From the IMG/VR virus record IMGVR_UViG_2554235185_000012: a stretch of 41,213 nucleotides of DNA. The stretch is one strand, 5' to 3'. Below, in pieces: positions 1 through 9,092 of this stretch. How positions within the stretch are numbered: the first letter of the stretch is position 1; each line of letters opens with the position of its first letter. Below the pieces are notes generated by a model. That model had not been told where the DNA came from and did no database searches. It saw nothing but the letters and a program-made list of their open reading frames with translations. The DNA is from a virus. Its lineage: Duplodnaviria > Heunggongvirae > Uroviricota > Caudoviricetes. The position numbers and the translations under genes were made by a program.

Positions 1-1284
1 TTACTTCTTCGCCTCTGCAACCACTTTGCTACCCACGCCGCGGTTATTGTATTCCCACATGCGGTTGTAGTTAGTGTCATTCAGATTGCGTTGTATTTCG
101 TCGTTATCATCAACGCTGCCGGTGTTACCCGCAAACGGACGATTAGAGATCACCGCATCAGCCCAGGGTTTGGCTGTGTTAAAACCTTCGTTGATGGCGC
201 TATCACGGATCACCACCTGACCGTTGGTATTGGCATCAACATCCAGCGAGCGACCCAGTTGCGCCACGCCATCACCGGAAGCATTGAAACGGCTGTTTAC
301 GGCGAGGAAACCGTAATAGATGTTAGACAGCGTAGCCGGTGCAAACACATACGCTTCTTGCTGAGTACGTGAGTTCACCACGCGGAATTCGGTGTTATCG
401 AACACCACTGCGCCGCGACCAGAAACGATATCCACATCCCCTTCAATGTAACTGTTGGTCACCAGAGTACGCGGCTGACGGTTGGTTTCCAGACGGTTTT
501 GCACACCACTGTTGGTGACAAAGAAGGTATTCTGACGACCGAGAATGTTGACGTTATTGATCTGCACTTTGTCACCATCAGTACGCAGTGCCACCGCCGG
601 ATGGTTACCCGCATCTACGCTATCGCCCAGCGTGTTTTCGATGGTCAGATTTTGCAGTTGCAGGCCATTGTTTTGTGACCAGAAGACCGCAGAGCAGAGA
701 ACACCGATACTGTCGCTGCGTTTGCTCTGGCAGCTATCGTACATATACCACGCTGGTTTACCTGGCATATATTTGCCGCGCGGGTTGACGTCGTGACGCC
801 AGTCGGCAGGGCTCATGCCCCCATCAAGGGAAAGCCCAATCTTCACATCAATCGGTTTTTCACCTGTACCGTACAGAGTAATTCCACCCGGAGCGGCAGG
901 GACATACACCGTTCCCTGATACTCACCAGGCATCACGGCAATATACTGGCGCTTGTTGGTGCGCTTGATAATTGCCGCATCTACCGCCGCCTGAATCGTG
1001 GTATGCGTTACACCTTGAGTACCCGCCGGGCCGACAACAAAGTCAGGTTGCGCAGGCAGGGTAATCGGGGAAGGATTCCACGCTGCCGCACCTGGTGTCA
1101 GGGATGCAAAATAGTGTTGAGCATCGAAATTCTGCGCTTCTTTTGCCGACAGAATCGGGCGAGAAGAGGTACCAGGCGCGGTTTGATCAGAAGGACGTTG
1201 ATCGGGCGGTGTTGAGCTACAGGCGGTCAGCGTCACGCCAAAAGCCAATGCCAGCGCCAGACGGGAAACTGAAAATGTGTTCAC
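1..1284 (-). CDS. ybhC: Host YbhC, pectinesterase-family outer-membrane lipoprotein (acyl-CoA thioesterase); complete, GTG start
   Basis: 427-aa ORF with lipoprotein signal peptide and lipobox (LTAC); recognised as E. coli YbhC, the gene flanking attB lambda on the gal side. Confidence 0.85.
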   Translation of the reverse strand: MNTFSVSRLALALAFGVTLTACSSTPPDQRPSDQTAPGTSSRPILSAKEAQNFDAQHYFASLTPGAAAWNPSPITLPAQPDFVVGPAGTQGVTHTTIQAAVDAAIIKRTNKRQYIAVMPGEYQGTVYVPAAPGGITLYGTGEKPIDVKIGLSLDGGMSPADWRHDVNPRGKYMPGKPAWYMYDSCQSKRSDSIGVLCSAVFWSQNNGLQLQNLTIENTLGDSVDAGNHPAVALRTDGDKVQINNVNILGRQNTFFVTNSGVQNRLETNRQPRTLVTNSYIEGDVDIVSGRGAVVFDNTEFRVVNSRTQQEAYVFAPATLSNIYYGFLAVNSRFNASGDGVAQLGRSLDVDANTNGQVVIRDSAINEGFNTAKPWADAVISNRPFAGNTGSVDDNDEIQRNLNDTNYNRMWEYNNRGVGSKVVAEAKK

Positions 1285-1330
1285 AGGTTGCTCCGGGCTA
1301 TGAAATAGAAAAATGAATCCGTTGAAGCCT

Positions 1331-1345
1331 GCTTTTTTATACTAA
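1331..1345. repeat. attL: attL core (GCTTTTTTATACTAA), followed by lambda P-prime arm sequence
   Basis: Exact 15-bp lambda core; downstream sequence matches the lambda attP P-prime arm up to the int stop. Confidence 0.9.
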
Positions 1346-1418
1346 GTTGGCATTATAAAAAAGCATTGCTTATCAATTTGTTGCAACGAACAGGTCACTA
1401 TCAGTCAAAATAAAATCA

Positions 1419-2489
1419 TTATTTGATTTCAATTTTGTCCCACTCCCTGCCTCTGTCATCACGATACTGTGATGCCATGGTGTCCGACTTATGCCCGAGA
1501 AGATGTTGAGCAAACTTATCGCTTATCTGCTTCTCATAGAGTCTTGCAGACAAACTGCGCAACTCGTGAAAGGTAGGCGGATCCCCTTCGAAGGAAAGAC
1601 CTGATGCTTTTCGTGCGCGCATAAAATACCTTGATACTGTGCCGGATGAAAGCGGTTCGCGACGAGTAGATGCAATTATGGTTTCTCCGCCAAGAATCTC
1701 TTTGCATTTATCAAGTGTTTCCTTCATTGATATTCCGAGAGCATCAACATGCAATGCTGTTGGGATGGCAATTTTTACGCCTGTTTTGCTTTGCTCGACA
1801 TAAAGATATCCATCTACGATATCAGACCACTTCATTTCGCATAAATCACCAACTCGCTGCCCGGTAACAACAGCCAGTTCCATTGCAAGTCTAAGCCAAC
1901 ATGGTGATGATTCTGCTGCTTGATAAATTTTCAGGTATTCGTCAGCCGTAAGTCTTGACCTCCTTACCTCTGATTTTGCTGCGCGAGTGGCAGCGACCGG
2001 GTTTGTTGTTATATGGCCTTCAGCTATTGCCTCTCGGAATGCATCGCTCAGTGTTGATCTGATTAACTTGGCTGATGCCGCCTTGCCCTCGTCTATGTAT
2101 CCATTGAGCATTGCCGCAATTTCTTTTGTGGTGATGTCTTCAAGTGGAGCATCAGGCAGACCCCTCCTTATTGCTTTAATTTTGCTCATGTAATTTATGA
2201 GTGTCTTCTGCTTGATTCCTCTGCTGGCGAGTATTTTTTCGTAGCGATCAAGCCATGAATGTAACGTAACAGAATTATCACTGTTGATTCTCGCTGTCAG
2301 AGGCTTGTGTTTGTGTCCTGAAAATAACTCAATGTTTGCCTGTATTGCTTCAGTAATTGCTATCCTCCTGTCTCTGCCTAATCCAAACTCTTTACCCGTC
2401 CTTGGGTCCCTGTAGCAGTAATATCCATTGTTTCTTATATAAAGGTTAGAGGGTAAATCCCGGCGCTCATGACTTCGCCTTCTTCCCAT
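1419..2489 (-). CDS. int: Lambda-type integrase (tyrosine recombinase)
   Basis: 356 aa beginning MGRRRSHERRDLP, recognised as near-identical to lambda Int; adjacent to attL. Confidence 0.95.
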   Translation of the reverse strand: MGRRRSHERRDLPSNLYIRNNGYYCYRDPRTGKEFGLGRDRRIAITEAIQANIELFSGHKHKPLTARINSDNSVTLHSWLDRYEKILASRGIKQKTLINYMSKIKAIRRGLPDAPLEDITTKEIAAMLNGYIDEGKAASAKLIRSTLSDAFREAIAEGHITTNPVAATRAAKSEVRRSRLTADEYLKIYQAAESSPCWLRLAMELAVVTGQRVGDLCEMKWSDIVDGYLYVEQSKTGVKIAIPTALHVDALGISMKETLDKCKEILGGETIIASTRREPLSSGTVSRYFMRARKASGLSFEGDPPTFHELRSLSARLYEKQISDKFAQHLLGHKSDTMASQYRDDRGREWDKIEIK

Positions 2490-2685
2490 TTCTGATCCTC
2501 TTCAAAAGGCTACCTGTTACTGGTCGATTTAAGTCAACCTTTACCGCTGATTCGTGGAACAGATACTCTCTTCCATCCTTAACCGGAGGAGGGAATATCC
2601 TGCATTCGCGCACCCATCGACGAACTGTTTCAAGGCTTCTTGGGCGTCGCTGGCGTGCGTTCCACTCCTGAAGTGTCAAGTACAT
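2467..2685 (-). CDS. xis: Excisionase Xis (72 aa)
   Basis: MYLTLQEWNARQRRPRSLETVRRWVRE matches lambda Xis; 3-prime end overlaps the int start as in lambda; the longer ORF in the track is an upstream extension. Confidence 0.9.
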   Translation of the reverse strand: MYLTLQEWNARQRRPRSLETVRRWVRECRIFPPPVKDGREYLFHESAVKVDLNRPVTGSLLKRIRNGKKAKS

Positions 2686-2799
2686 CGCAAAGTCTCCGCA
2701 ATTACACGCAAGAAAAAGCCGCATTGATGCGGCGATGGTAGGTCTGGATATCATTGAGCAATGAACAGGCCTCATCGAGTGTGAGGCTGTATGGCTCCA

Positions 2800-3105
2800 T
2801 TATTTCACCTCTTGTTGTGACATTGTTGAAAAATGGATACCAGCTCGTTGCTGCCAGATGATCCAACCGAGAGTCATATCCCATGCCATGTATTCGTTAT
2901 TGCCGTTTTTTGCTCTCCGACGATCTACTAAGTCACCGAAACGCTTTTCCATGAATAATTCATAAGCTTCGCGTTCATCTGGTTCTACTTCCAGAGATAG
3001 GAGTGCGATTTCATAAGCACGGCGCTCAATATCGTCTCGCACGTCAAGGCTGCTGATACGCTCTTTAATTTCTTTAATCAGTTCTTTGTCGGTAAAAGTG
3101 GTCAT
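2800..3105 (-). CDS. Hypothetical early protein (101 aa, YfdT-like size and position)
   Basis: ORF in the leftward early operon; acidic; stop/start abutting the next gene. Confidence 0.5.
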   Translation of the reverse strand: MTTFTDKELIKEIKERISSLDVRDDIERRAYEIALLSLEVEPDEREAYELFMEKRFGDLVDRRRAKNGNNEYMAWDMTLGWIIWQQRAGIHFSTMSQQEVK

Positions 3106-3467
3106 TATGCTCCAGCCTCCGGTGCTTTTGGCATTACTGCCCAGTGAGTGATATTGACGTTTTCAAGGTCCCCGACCTGAAATGTCCACTGCCATTCTCC
3201 GGTTTCTTTTTGTCCCCAGGTGTACCAGAGAGAACGCCAGCCAATTAGCCAGCCTTCTCCGTTAGCATCGAATAACAAAACACTTTCATTTGCTGGTGGC
3301 AGTTCAGTTGACACTGGTATTACTTTGTTTTCCTGTGCTGCACATTTAGCTTCAAGCGCATCGAATTTACGCACCAGGTATTCAGCATCTGTTTCATTTA
3401 CTTTCAGATCTCGCGGTACACATCTCCCACGAAGAAACCCTTCCATTTCGAAAACATTCATGCGCAT
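3105..3467 (-). CDS. DUF551-type phage protein (120 aa)
   Basis: Trp-rich C-terminus ending ITHWAVMPKAPE, typical of DUF551 proteins. Confidence 0.55.
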   Translation of the reverse strand: MRMNVFEMEGFLRGRCVPRDLKVNETDAEYLVRKFDALEAKCAAQENKVIPVSTELPPANESVLLFDANGEGWLIGWRSLWYTWGQKETGEWQWTFQVGDLENVNITHWAVMPKAPEAGA

Positions 3468-3994
3468 TTGCGTAACTCCGATAACTCGTTAAAGCGTTCC
3501 ATAAACATCCCGTAGGCATGGCCCGGTGCCAGTGGAATCACGTTGAACATCTCTGTTGCCGGGATACCTTCCAGTACAGGCCAGAAAGAGCCATCATCAA
3601 GCCCGAGATCGCGGCGTTCGGTTGCCAGCATGATGAGATCGGCATATTTCACGGGCGTACTCATAACTGGGGGTAATCCGTATTTCTCACGGATTACGGA
3701 GTCTATTTTTTCTTCCATTTGTTTATAGTCAGGAAGAAGGCGTTTCAGTGGTGCGGGAATGTCCTGGCAATACGCTTCTGTTGCATCATGCATTAACGCT
3801 TCAAAAGCAAATTCCTGCGGCACCAGCTGGCTGCAAAGAACCGCATGTTGGGCGACGCTGTAGAAGTGCGAAAGATGACCGGCAAAGCGACAGATATTTG
3901 AAAGGGAAACCGCGATATCGTTAATATCGATGTCGTCTTTATTTATCCTGTCATAATAAAAATGCTTCCCGGAAAAAGTTTTAATAAATGACAT
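3458..3994 (-). CDS. HD-domain phosphohydrolase (YfdR-like 5-prime-deoxynucleotidase family), 178 aa from the ATG at 3994
   Basis: His/Asp-containing motifs (HDATE, HFYSVAQH) consistent with an HD domain; GGAGAA Shine-Dalgarno before the internal ATG; the track ORF starts at an upstream GTG. Confidence 0.6.
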   Translation of the reverse strand: MSFIKTFSGKHFYYDRINKDDIDINDIAVSLSNICRFAGHLSHFYSVAQHAVLCSQLVPQEFAFEALMHDATEAYCQDIPAPLKRLLPDYKQMEEKIDSVIREKYGLPPVMSTPVKYADLIMLATERRDLGLDDGSFWPVLEGIPATEMFNVIPLAPGHAYGMFMERFNELSELRKCA

Positions 3995-4121
3995 TTTGTT
4001 CTCCACGTATATGCGCTGCACCGCGCTGAATTCTGGTAAAAAGAATCCCTCACCATCCGGCGATTATTGAGTAAATTACGTTTCCATAAATGCCCCCGCA
4101 GGGGCATTTGCAGTAATGAAA

Positions 4122-4946
4122 TCAGGCGGTGAAAGTACCAATAAAGGTTTCTACTTTGCTGTCCTTGAATTTCTCAACAAGCAGATCACGAAATTCGTTA
4201 GCCATTTCTTCCTGCCCCGCCTCCAGCTGAATAATGCGCAGAACCAGTACCGGACGATCGCCAGTGATAATGCTGAGGCGTAATTTAAACGGACGTTCTT
4301 TCAGACCTTCAAACGGAATGCATTTAAATTCAAATGCCACTGGCATAATGTCTTTGGTCTTCGCTTCGACAGACTCCATCAGGGAGCGTTTGCCGCTGAA
4401 GTCATTATCTTCAAAATCAGCGGTCTGGTTTGCTTCAATCGTGATTTTACGGACCGCCGCAGCCGCTTTTGTTGCCTGAATGGTGTCACCATTAGCATCA
4501 AAGCCCACAAGGTAGTCGGCCCAGTCTTCAATCCATTCTGCCAGTGATTTCTGGGAGTTACGCTCGCCATTAACAGACAACAGAGCAGAGAACGGTGCTG
4601 TCTTTTTCAGTTTGAGAGTGGCGGTGTTATCTGCGTGACCTGGTTCATCAATAGTACCCAGGTTAAGCACACTGACGGCACGCATATTATCAGCATCGAT
4701 AAAGCAGCGGGTGCCTTCATCTGCAAGATCTTTAGAATAACGGGTAAAGTCATCGATGCTGGCAGTGGAAAGCGCACCACGGAAACGGAAGCGATTTAAA
4801 TTAAATTTTTCCAGATCATGAATGCGGAAATTCTCAGGCAATGCCACAGCATCGGCACCAATCTTACTGATAATTTCATTAACACCCTGAGCAGAAATAA
4901 GGGCATGGATTTGATTAATTGCGGTTGCGTCTAAGTTCTGAGACAT
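4122..4946 (-). CDS. YfdQ-like protein (DUF2303 family), 274 aa
   Basis: Size and position match the YfdQ family of E. coli prophages; GAGGA Shine-Dalgarno upstream. Confidence 0.55.
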   Translation of the reverse strand: MSQNLDATAINQIHALISAQGVNEIISKIGADAVALPENFRIHDLEKFNLNRFRFRGALSTASIDDFTRYSKDLADEGTRCFIDADNMRAVSVLNLGTIDEPGHADNTATLKLKKTAPFSALLSVNGERNSQKSLAEWIEDWADYLVGFDANGDTIQATKAAAAVRKITIEANQTADFEDNDFSGKRSLMESVEAKTKDIMPVAFEFKCIPFEGLKERPFKLRLSIITGDRPVLVLRIIQLEAGQEEMANEFRDLLVEKFKDSKVETFIGTFTA

Positions 4947-5011
4947 AATAAGTCCTCACTATATAAAGATATTCAGTGATGAGATAAATAATCAGTTAAT
5001 TAAGAACGATA

Positions 5012-5374
5012 TTAATGACCTGCTGCGCGGAGTTTTCCGTCAGGTTCACCGGCAAGAGTCAGTAATTGTCCCTGGTCTTCCTGCAGAATAGTCAGGCGAC
5101 CACCGCGATTGACATACATCGGCGTTTCGGTGGTGTCTTCTTCGGAAATTTTCCCGCGGTTAGTCGGGCGAACATATGAGAGTTTGTGTTTGATTTTCAC
5201 ACGGTTCTCATCAAATGGTTCGATTTCCAGGTTGAGTGAGACCTTACCTTTGGTTTTCGTGTTCATCACACCGGAAGCGACTTCACTGAGAACTGCGCCG
5301 ATTTTGGTTTCAAATACGCCGCCGTCCAGCTCCCCGATAAATGCCTGCACATCAGTACTGCGTTCGCTAGCCAT
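5012..5374 (-). CDS. Hypothetical early protein, 120 aa (YfdP-like size); real start at the internal ATG at 5374
   Basis: AGGAGCAGCAAA precedes the ATG of MASERSTDV; the 226-aa track ORF has an Arg/Cys-rich non-protein-like extension. Confidence 0.55.
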   Translation of the reverse strand: MASERSTDVQAFIGELDGGVFETKIGAVLSEVASGVMNTKTKGKVSLNLEIEPFDENRVKIKHKLSYVRPTNRGKISEEDTTETPMYVNRGGRLTILQEDQGQLLTLAGEPDGKLRAAGH

Positions 5375-5811
5375 TTTGCTGCTCCTCATCATATCGACCC
5401 TGCAAGGCCGATTAGTTTCTCCACAAAACAGAGAAGAACACCTGCGGTAGCAGCCGCCCGGATGGATTGGGTTATGAGCCCGTCGTCCGGTGATGCTCTT
5501 CTCTGTTTTGTAAAAAGGACGGTACCAGCCGGAAGCAAGGGTACAAACTGGTACCGCCAGGACTACACACAGCATAAAGTTGTGGTGCCGGGTGCCTCCC
5601 GGTGCCTGGCGAAGGTTGCACACCAGACGGGTGGGTATCCACAGAAGGTCGACTGTCAGCCTCAACCTTAACCCGCGTGCGCTGAGCCGCATTCACCACA
5701 ACGCTAAGGATTCTCTTTGGTTGAAAATACTTAGCTGTTATGTGCCTGTCTTTTCACCACTTCAGGCTCGGTGGTATCCTTTTAAGCCCGTATACATAAA
5801 AGGAAAATCAA

Positions 5812-6057
5812 ATGACTTTTGATGAAAAAGAACTTGATAATGCAATTAATAAAATCATCGTAACGTCGCTCTTTTTCTGTCTCAGCGACACTCAGCAGAA
5901 ACAGTTCTACGAATCGGCTTTCAACATGATCGAGCGTTGTTGTTTCTGCGATGCCGACGAGTTACCTGAAAAAATCAGGAAACAGTTGGCTGATGCTCTT
6001 CGAGTGCGACTTTCTGACCAATTTTCTGAAATGTGCTCTCCGAATTTGGACAAATAG
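5812..6057 (+). CDS. Hypothetical small protein (81 aa), antisense to the early-left operon
   Basis: AAGGAAAA Shine-Dalgarno 8 nt before the ATG; overlaps the 3-prime end of the minus-strand ORF 5975..6250, so only one of the two is likely real. Confidence 0.3.
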   Translation: MTFDEKELDNAINKIIVTSLFFCLSDTQQKQFYESAFNMIERCCFCDADELPEKIRKQLADALRVRLSDQFSEMCSPNLDK

Positions 6058-6250
6058 AAAAAGGCCATTTCCATTCAGGGTCTGATGGAAATACTTCAGC
6101 CTGTTCCAAAGCACGGCGTAAAGAGAACACAACTCCAGCCATAATCTGATGTTTCCCATTGGTCCAGCTATCGCCGCTCTGATCTACAGGGGCGGCTATG
6201 TCGTATGACCAAACGACTTCACAGTTATTGTTTAAAATCTGGACTTTCAT
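5975..6250 (-). CDS. Hypothetical first gene of the pL operon (91 aa from the internal ATG)
   Basis: GCAGGTG Shine-Dalgarno before ATG(MKVQIL); Trp-rich; not Arg-rich, so not N-like. Confidence 0.35.
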   Translation of the reverse strand: MKVQILNNNCEVVWSYDIAAPVDQSGDSWTNGKHQIMAGVVFSLRRALEQAEVFPSDPEWKWPFSICPNSESTFQKIGQKVALEEHQPTVS

Positions 6251-6373
6251 TTCATACACCTGCTTTAACATGAGTGCCTGGTGGCACAACATGACTCAAC
6301 GAATCATCCTGGACTTCATATGCCCCAGGCGGCTACTTCGTGGGCGTCCTGCCTGTTCGTTGTCGGTAAAATG

Positions 6374-6418
6374 ATATTGCTACTTAAAGTTGCAAAAATC
6401 AACTACAAAAAGTAGAAG
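6374..6418 (-). promoter_or_regulatory. Putative pL promoter and oL operators (leftward)
   Basis: On the minus strand TTGATT -N17- CAATAT; spacer carries GCTACTTAAAGTTGC, similar to the oR palindrome. Confidence 0.4.
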
Positions 6419-6721
6419 TTAAGGGCATAAAAACGCATTTTGAAATTAATTCATTGAATTTACAGGTAAAATATTTTGGGGGCTATGATCAAAAAATTAT
6501 ATTGTGAAGTTAGCTGAGTTGTAGAACGTGATGGATTGTTTCATTGTGGCTGAGATCAGTATGTGATCTAGTTAATCATCAAGTGGGGAGAAGTCAATCA
6601 TGAGAGTATTGTTGAGTTTTTGGAGGCTAAGTGTAAAACGGTAGGGAATTTACTACTCAATGGATTGTGTGATTTAGCCTCGATAGTAAGAAAACTAGGG
6701 CAGGTCATAGTCAAAAACTTA

Positions 6722-7006
6722 TCAAAACATAAATTTGGCGAGACCTAAAATCGCCAAGCCTGTTGCAACAGTCCATGCGATCTGTTTATTTACGGCTGAT
6801 GAAATAGCGCTGTTGACTTCACTTAGGCTAGGTTTTTTTGACAACTTTTCATCTATATCTATTTGTTTTTGAAGGATAACAGCGACATCGCGTCGGGTGT
6901 CGGAGAGAGCGTTTCGCAAATCACGAATGTCAGCTCTCATCTCTGCGAGATTTGTTTTTATATCCTCAACATTCGCTTCTAACTTAGCGACTCGGGCTTC
7001 AAGCAT
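6722..7006 (-). CDS. Coiled-coil protein with C-terminal transmembrane anchor (94 aa from ATG 7006; possible 5-prime extension to 7093 or 7129)
   Basis: GGAGGTGATGAC Shine-Dalgarno before ATG(MLEARVAKLEAN); heptad-like N-terminus and hydrophobic tail AWTVATGLAILGLAKFMF; last gene of the cI transcription unit. Confidence 0.55.
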   Translation of the reverse strand: MLEARVAKLEANVEDIKTNLAEMRADIRDLRNALSDTRRDVAVILQKQIDIDEKLSKKPSLSEVNSAISSAVNKQIAWTVATGLAILGLAKFMF

Positions 7007-7073
7007 GTCATCACCTCCGCCATCTCCACCGTGTCTTCTAATTGTGGGAAGTTCACTATTAAATGGTACTACA

Positions 7074-7421
7074 TTATTTTGCGGCGTCGGCATTTTTTTC
7101 ATCTTCCGTTTTTGCTGGGAACTTTTCATTTACCCAGTTCAAAACTGAAAACGCATTTATATGAATTTCATTTCCACAATTGTTGCATATTAGTGAAAAG
7201 TAATACTGGTTAGCAGTATCAGAATAAATGCTTTTTTCAGTAAAAACATTCACATAACTACCAAGTTTCATAGTACATGGCATGCCCACATTCGCGCTGA
7301 CTTGAGGCACAGTCAATCTGTCGTGTCCACATAGTGTACATTTTAGATATATATTCTTTTCTGAGAAATAAGAGACCAACATATCCATGTTAATCTTTTC
7401 GAATCCCTGCTCACTAGCCAT
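7074..7421 (-). CDS. Cys4 zinc-ribbon protein (115 aa), immediately downstream of cI
   Basis: CxxC pairs at C28/C31 and C79/C82; AAGGG Shine-Dalgarno; start 15 nt after the cI stop; visibly AT-rich. Confidence 0.55.
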   Translation of the reverse strand: MASEQGFEKINMDMLVSYFSEKNIYLKCTLCGHDRLTVPQVSANVGMPCTMKLGSYVNVFTEKSIYSDTANQYYFSLICNNCGNEIHINAFSVLNWVNEKFPAKTEDEKNADAAK

Positions 7422-7436
7422 TATATGCCCTTAGAA

Positions 7437-8177
7437 CTATAACCGATTGTATTTTATTGACTCATGAATCAACGCCTTGCCCATTACATAAAGCTGATCC
7501 TGCGATTTTTCATCGATGTACCATTTCTCATAGGCAGGGTTATCCGAAAGAACGGCTAGCTTGTCACCTTGCATTTGAAGACGTTTAACATGAAAAGTCT
7601 TACCGTAAACGAAAGAGTAAATTCCATCAGTCTGGAAGTGACGAACAGAAATGTCGACAAACAGTCGATCTCCGGAAACGAGAGTAGGGGACATACTATC
7701 GCCATTTACAGTCATAACCTTAATATCATCCTGAGAACGGTTACCGAAAAGAGAACGGGCATGTTCTGTTGTGAACTCAATGGCGTAGAGCACATCAACA
7801 TAGTCTGAAAGCATATAGGTTCCAGGTCCTGCGCTAACGCTAAGATCTAAAACTTCTATCCTGTATACGTCGGGTTTTGTTGGATTGGGGATGCTTGCCA
7901 TTTCCTTACATCCTTCTCTCTCGCCAACACCATATTCTAAATATGAAGCCGATACCCCCAGAGCCAACGCAAGTTTATTCATGACAGAGGCACGAGGCTT
8001 CGCTGCGCCGATTGTGTATCGCCGCGCCATTTCATATGTAACGCCAACAAGACTTTTGAGTTGGGTGACAGAAATTCCCTTGTTTGTCATTAACTCGTTT
8101 AGTCTCTTGGCGAAATCTGGATACTTCTGTTCTTCTACCATAGGTAGAAGATTACTCACATCACATACGCTCGTCAT
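7437..8177 (-). CDS. cI: CI-type prophage repressor (HTH plus S24 LexA-like autopeptidase domain)
   Basis: N-terminal HTH (GISVTQLKSLVGVTYEMARR), C-terminal GDSM serine and KRL lysine motifs; divergent from cro; start chosen at ATG 8177 as a leaderless pRM product (alternatives at 8198 or 8141). Confidence 0.8.
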   Translation of the reverse strand: MTSVCDVSNLLPMVEEQKYPDFAKRLNELMTNKGISVTQLKSLVGVTYEMARRYTIGAAKPRASVMNKLALALGVSASYLEYGVGEREGCKEMASIPNPTKPDVYRIEVLDLSVSAGPGTYMLSDYVDVLYAIEFTTEHARSLFGNRSQDDIKVMTVNGDSMSPTLVSGDRLFVDISVRHFQTDGIYSFVYGKTFHVKRLQMQGDKLAVLSDNPAYEKWYIDEKSQDQLYVMGKALIHESIKYNRL

Positions 8178-8180
8178 TTC

Positions 8181-8222
8181 TATTTTAAGTAGTTGCAATT
8201 CGCTACTTTAAGTAGCATTATC
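8181..8222. promoter_or_regulatory. oR operator cluster with pR (rightward) and putative pRM (leftward)
   Basis: pR -35 TTGCAA (8193..8198), 17-nt spacer, -10 CATTAT (8216..8221); 15-bp palindrome GCTACTTTAAGTAGC at 8202..8216; TAAAAT on the minus strand just upstream of the cI ATG. Confidence 0.55.
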
Positions 8223-8248
8223 CCCTCTGGATTTCAGAGGAGAAAGAT

Positions 8249-8512
8249 ATGTCATCTCAAAACTACACCGAGAAAGCAGTAAAGGCTGCGGGAAAGTCTT
8301 TATCTGAAGTAGCTCGTCGCTTTGGTTTTAAATCTACTCAATCTGTCGCTAATTGGGTAATTAACAATCAAGTCCCGTCGGAACGAGTTTTACAACTTTG
8401 TGAGCTGGGGAACTGGTCCGTAACCCCCCATGAGCTGCGTCCTGATATTTATCCAAATCCAAATGATGGATTACCAGAGTGCTATTCAAAAGTTAGCGGT
8501 TCAGTTGCGTAA
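8249..8512 (+). CDS. cro: Cro-like HTH regulator (87 aa)
   Basis: First gene downstream of pR, divergent from cI; GGAGAAAG Shine-Dalgarno; HTH-like segment LSEVARRFGFKSTQSVANW. Confidence 0.65.
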   Translation: MSSQNYTEKAVKAAGKSLSEVARRFGFKSTQSVANWVINNQVPSERVLQLCELGNWSVTPHELRPDIYPNPNDGLPECYSKVSGSVA

Positions 8513-8540
8513 ACGTAACCACAGAAACGAGGAGTTAACC

Positions 8541-9092
8541 GTGGGTAAGCATCACTGGAAAGTAGAAAAACAGCCTGAGTGGTACGTGAAAGCTGTCAGA
8601 AAAACTATCGCGGCGTTGCCGGGTGGTTACGCTGAAGCTGCTGACTGGCTGGATGTAACAGAGAACGCATTATTTAACCGCCTTCGTGCCGATGGCGATC
8701 AGATTTTCCCGCTGGGATGGGCAATGGTTTTACAGCGCGCAGCTGGCACTCACTACATTGCGGATGCTGTCGCACAGTCTGCTGGTGGGGTGTTCGTATC
8801 GCTTCCTGAAATTGAGGAAGTAGAGAACGCCGATATAAACCAGCGCCTGCTGGAAGTCATCGAACAGATCGGGAGTTACTCAAAGCAGATTCGTTCGGCA
8901 ATCGAAGATGGGGTAGTGGAGCCACACGAGCAGACAGCAATTAATGATGAGTTGTATCTGTCAATTTCGAAGCTCCAGGAGCATGCAGCACTGGTCTACA
9001 AAATCTTTTGCGCTCCAGAAAAGAGTGACGCCCGCGAGTGTGCAGCTCCGGGCGTCGTGGCGTTTTGTGTCTGTGGAGAAACTAACGCATGA
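8541..9092 (+). CDS. Putative early regulatory protein (CII/CP76-like), hypothetical; start assigned to GTG 8541
   Basis: GAGGAG Shine-Dalgarno 6 nt before GTG 8541; the track ORF from 8430 overlaps cro; position is that of cII. Confidence 0.4.
   Translation: MGKHHWKVEKQPEWYVKAVRKTIAALPGGYAEAADWLDVTENALFNRLRADGDQIFPLGWAMVLQRAAGTHYIADAVAQSAGGVFVSLPEIEEVENADINQRLLEVIEQIGSYSKQIRSAIEDGVVEPHEQTAINDELYLSISKLQEHAALVYKIFCAPEKSDARECAAPGVVAFCVCGETNA

Noticed and set aside
91-1316. Plus-strand ORFs (91..372, 545..796, 793..1215, 1095..1316) inside ybhC
   Set aside because: Antisense to a well-supported host gene; translations are Arg/Cys-rich without protein-like character.
5420-5510. Long inverted repeat considered as a retron msr/msd
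   Set aside because: No reverse transcriptase gene anywhere in the window.
5012-5692. 226-aa version of the minus-strand ORF extending upstream of the YfdP-like gene
   Set aside because: The extension is Arg/Cys/Pro-rich, lacks an RBS and crosses the structured GC-rich region; the internal ATG at 5374 has a clear Shine-Dalgarno.
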